From: Squalus acanthias
Taxonomy: Eukaryota
NCBI GenBank assembly: GCA_030390025.1
Contig: CM059432.1
Location: 23,748,001-23,812,000, forward strand
DNA: 64,000 bases
Direction: 5' to 3'
The notes under the pieces: model-generated
What the model saw: the letters and a program-made list of their open reading frames with translations, nothing else
The model's database searches: none
What the model was told of the DNA's origin: nothing
Position numbers and translations under genes: made by a program
Shown here: positions 61,389 through 64,000 of the stretch, in pieces
How positions within the stretch are numbered: position 1 is the stretch's first letter
Layout of the letters: every line of letters begins with the position of its first letter

Positions 61389-62847
61389 GGGCTGGATTTT
61401 ACTCACTGAGATGAGTTGGGGGCGGGACTGCTGCGTTCCGGGTTCTAGTCCCGCCCCCAGCGACATCCGATGCACAGACGCTATTTTCCCCGATTGGCCT
61501 TGTTAAGCTTGCCCTGCGAGCTCGCTGGCCAATTAAGGGAAAGCCGGTGTCAGATGACGTCAGTTGATGACGCTTCCTCTTAAAGGCACATGAACCATAA
61601 ATTTTTGACAGATGATTTGACAGTGTTTGACAGCATTGAGGTGCTGTCAAACACTGACACTCACTGTACAAAGGTGAGCCCTTGCAACCAGCCTCTCCAA
61701 TGACTCTCTCCTTAGGTTGAAACAGATGGCAGCTGCAGGTGAGGGTACAGAAGCGATCTGTCACTTCTCCCATTGAGGTGAGGCCACACAAACACTTCAA
61801 AGCTTGTCACCTACAGAAAAATCTAAACACATTAAAAATGACTTTCCCAACATCTCCTTACCTCTGATACTCATCAGTGTCCCATTGGATCCTTCACACC
61901 ACTTCTGCAGCTGTCATCTGTACACCAACAGTACAACAGTAAGGCTTTTGACAAAGTCTCACATGGGAGACTGGTCAAGAAGGTAAGAGCCGATGGGATC
62001 CAGGGCAATTTGGCACATTGGATCCAAAATTGGCTTAGTGGCAGGAGGCAGAGGGTGATGGTCGAAGGTTGTTTTTGTGACTGGAAGCCTGTGTCCAGTG
62101 GTGTACCGCAGGGATCGGTGCTGGGTCCTTTGCTGTTTGTAGTGTACATTAATGATTTAGATATGAATGTAGGAGGTATGATCAGTAAGTTCGCAGATGA
62201 CACGAAAATTGGTGGAGTGGTAAATAGCGAGGAGGGAAGCCTCAGGCTACAGGACGATATAGACGGGATGGTTAGATGGGCAGAACAGTGGCAAATGGAA
62301 TTTAACCCTGAAAAGTGTGAGCTGATGCATTTTGGGAGGACTAACAAGGCAAGGGAATACACAATGAATGGTAGGACCCTAGGAAGTGTGGTAGAGGCAG
62401 GAACCCTCACAACATTCAAGAAGCATTTAGATGAGCACTTGAAACGCCATAGCATACAAGGCTACGGACCAAGTGCTGGAAAATGGGATTAGAATAGACA
62501 GGGCTTGATGGCCGGCGCGGACACAATGGGCCAAAGGGCCTCTTTCTGTGCTGTATAACTCTATGACTCTATAACAGACCCACAGCACGCCTCACTTACC
62601 CTGGTGGGGTTCCCCGACGTCAGGAAGCCCGCAGCAGAAGTCTAAAAATTGGAAAAAGCCTCTTAACAGGCAGTTAAGTGACTATAATCCTCTTCCCGCC
62701 ACTAGGAGTCGGGTCCCTGCGCAAATCGGGGACCCGACTCCCGGGAAGATTGGTTGGAGGTGGGTTGGGAGCGGGTTTGAGACCCGCTCCCATTCTTTTT
62801 GACTTTCCCAGCAGTCCCGCCTCCTCAGGGCTGGTAAAATCCAGCCC
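61389..62847. mobile_element. Harbinger MITE copy 2 (inverted relative to 7166-7983) with CR1 fragment nested at 61940-62572
   Basis: TIRs GGGCTGGATTTTAC / GTAAAATCCAGCCC; nested CR1 flanked by AACAG with a CTATGACT-type tail. Confidence 0.88.
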
Positions 62848-63051
62848 CAAATGTTTTGAACAGCTTTACTAAACTCTCCTACTTTCAAAGATTTGTGTCT
62901 GAGTCTCTCTGCTCCTTTATTCCTTTTAAAGTTTTACCATTTAATATACATGTCCTCTCCTTCCTCTTCCTCTCTAAAATGTATCACCTCACATTAGTAA
63001 CACTGTCAGTGTATGTGGTATGGCTGTAGGTTGCAGGGAAGTTGTTTGTAA

Positions 63052-63297
<246 letters not shown>

Positions 63298-63724
63298 TGA
63301 CTCGGGTTGCAGACTTCCAATATGGGGATTAATAGTAATGAAAAATTAAAAATACAATATTTCATTGAAATAAACAGCTCGAGAACCTTAAAGAGGAGAA
63401 GGCTTGTCGAGCTCATATTGAAACTGAGAGATTTCTGCATATGTTTATGTATCCATGACAATAAAAGGCTTTCAGGCCCATATGAACTCGCTCCTGTCCT
63501 TCGGCCAATTGTGCTCCACCATCTCCTGGAAGAGGTTAAAAAAAAACAGAGACCTGTAGCCAATTCAGGACTCGCCTGTCAAAAATTTCTCTCTGACCCC
63601 TCATGGATGATCAGAGAAACCTGATGAGGCCCCCAAACCCTTTAATGATTTTCCAAAATGATTTACTCTTACCTTCAATATGCTGTGATCACTTTGTTTT
63701 CCAGAAATTCATCTATCGCCACCT

Positions 63725-63972
63725 TGAAGGATTGTAAAGATGTGATTGCACTAGAGAGGGTACAGAGGAGATTTAGGAGGATGTTGCCAGGACTGGAGAA
63801 TTTTAGCTATGGGGAAAGGCTGGATAGGCTGAGGTTGTTTTCTTTGGAACAGAGGAGGCTGAGGGGAAACTTGATTGAGGTGTATAAAATTATGTGGGGC
63901 CTGGATAGAGTGGATAGGAAGGACCTATTTCAATTGGCAGAGAGGTTAAAACCAGGGGGTATAGATTTAAAG
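63725..63972 (+). mobile_element. CR1 ORF2 C-terminal fragment
   Basis: KDVIALERVQRRF...RRLRGNLIEVYKIM. Confidence 0.85.
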
Positions 63973-63974
63973 TA

Positions 63975-64000
63975 GCCATGATGTGGAGATGCCGGTGTTG
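63975..64000. mobile_element. Start of a third Penelope-like terminus (runs off the window)
   Basis: CATGATGTGGAGATGCCGGTGTTG matches 20561-20584 and the reverse complement of 8261-8284. Confidence 0.7.

Overview
Eukaryotic, repeat-saturated vertebrate DNA; the repeat complement (DeuSINEs, esterase-ORF1 CR1s, hammerhead-bearing Penelope-like termini) suggests a cartilaginous fish, which is inference. The only host gene seen is FAM135B on the + strand: three internal GT-AG exons at 55619-55772, 56991-57040 and 63094-63249 splice in frame, so the first ~55.6 kb is probably one giant intron. That intron holds deeply nested mobile DNA. (1) A near full-length CR1 LINE (- strand) ends 5' in a 45-bp tandem array. 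(2) Into that array integrated a young snakehead-retrovirus-like provirus (20187-26777, - strand) with a 5-bp TSD, tRNA-Ser PBS, gag with YPxL and PPPY late domains, an in-frame UGA between gag and pro-pol, a pol deleted beyond mid-RT, and an intact gamma-type env. (3) Its 3' LTR carries a Penelope-derived 272-bp inverted repeat with minimal hammerhead ribozyme motifs. (4) A Tx1-type LINE sits inside the tRNA head of a DeuSINE. Also present: two PIF/Harbinger elements with related MITEs, hAT and pogo/Tigger MITEs, two solo LTRs, many CR1/L2 fragments and a 23-bp minisatellite. Family names are from recalled motifs, not database searches; boundaries of old fragments are approximate.
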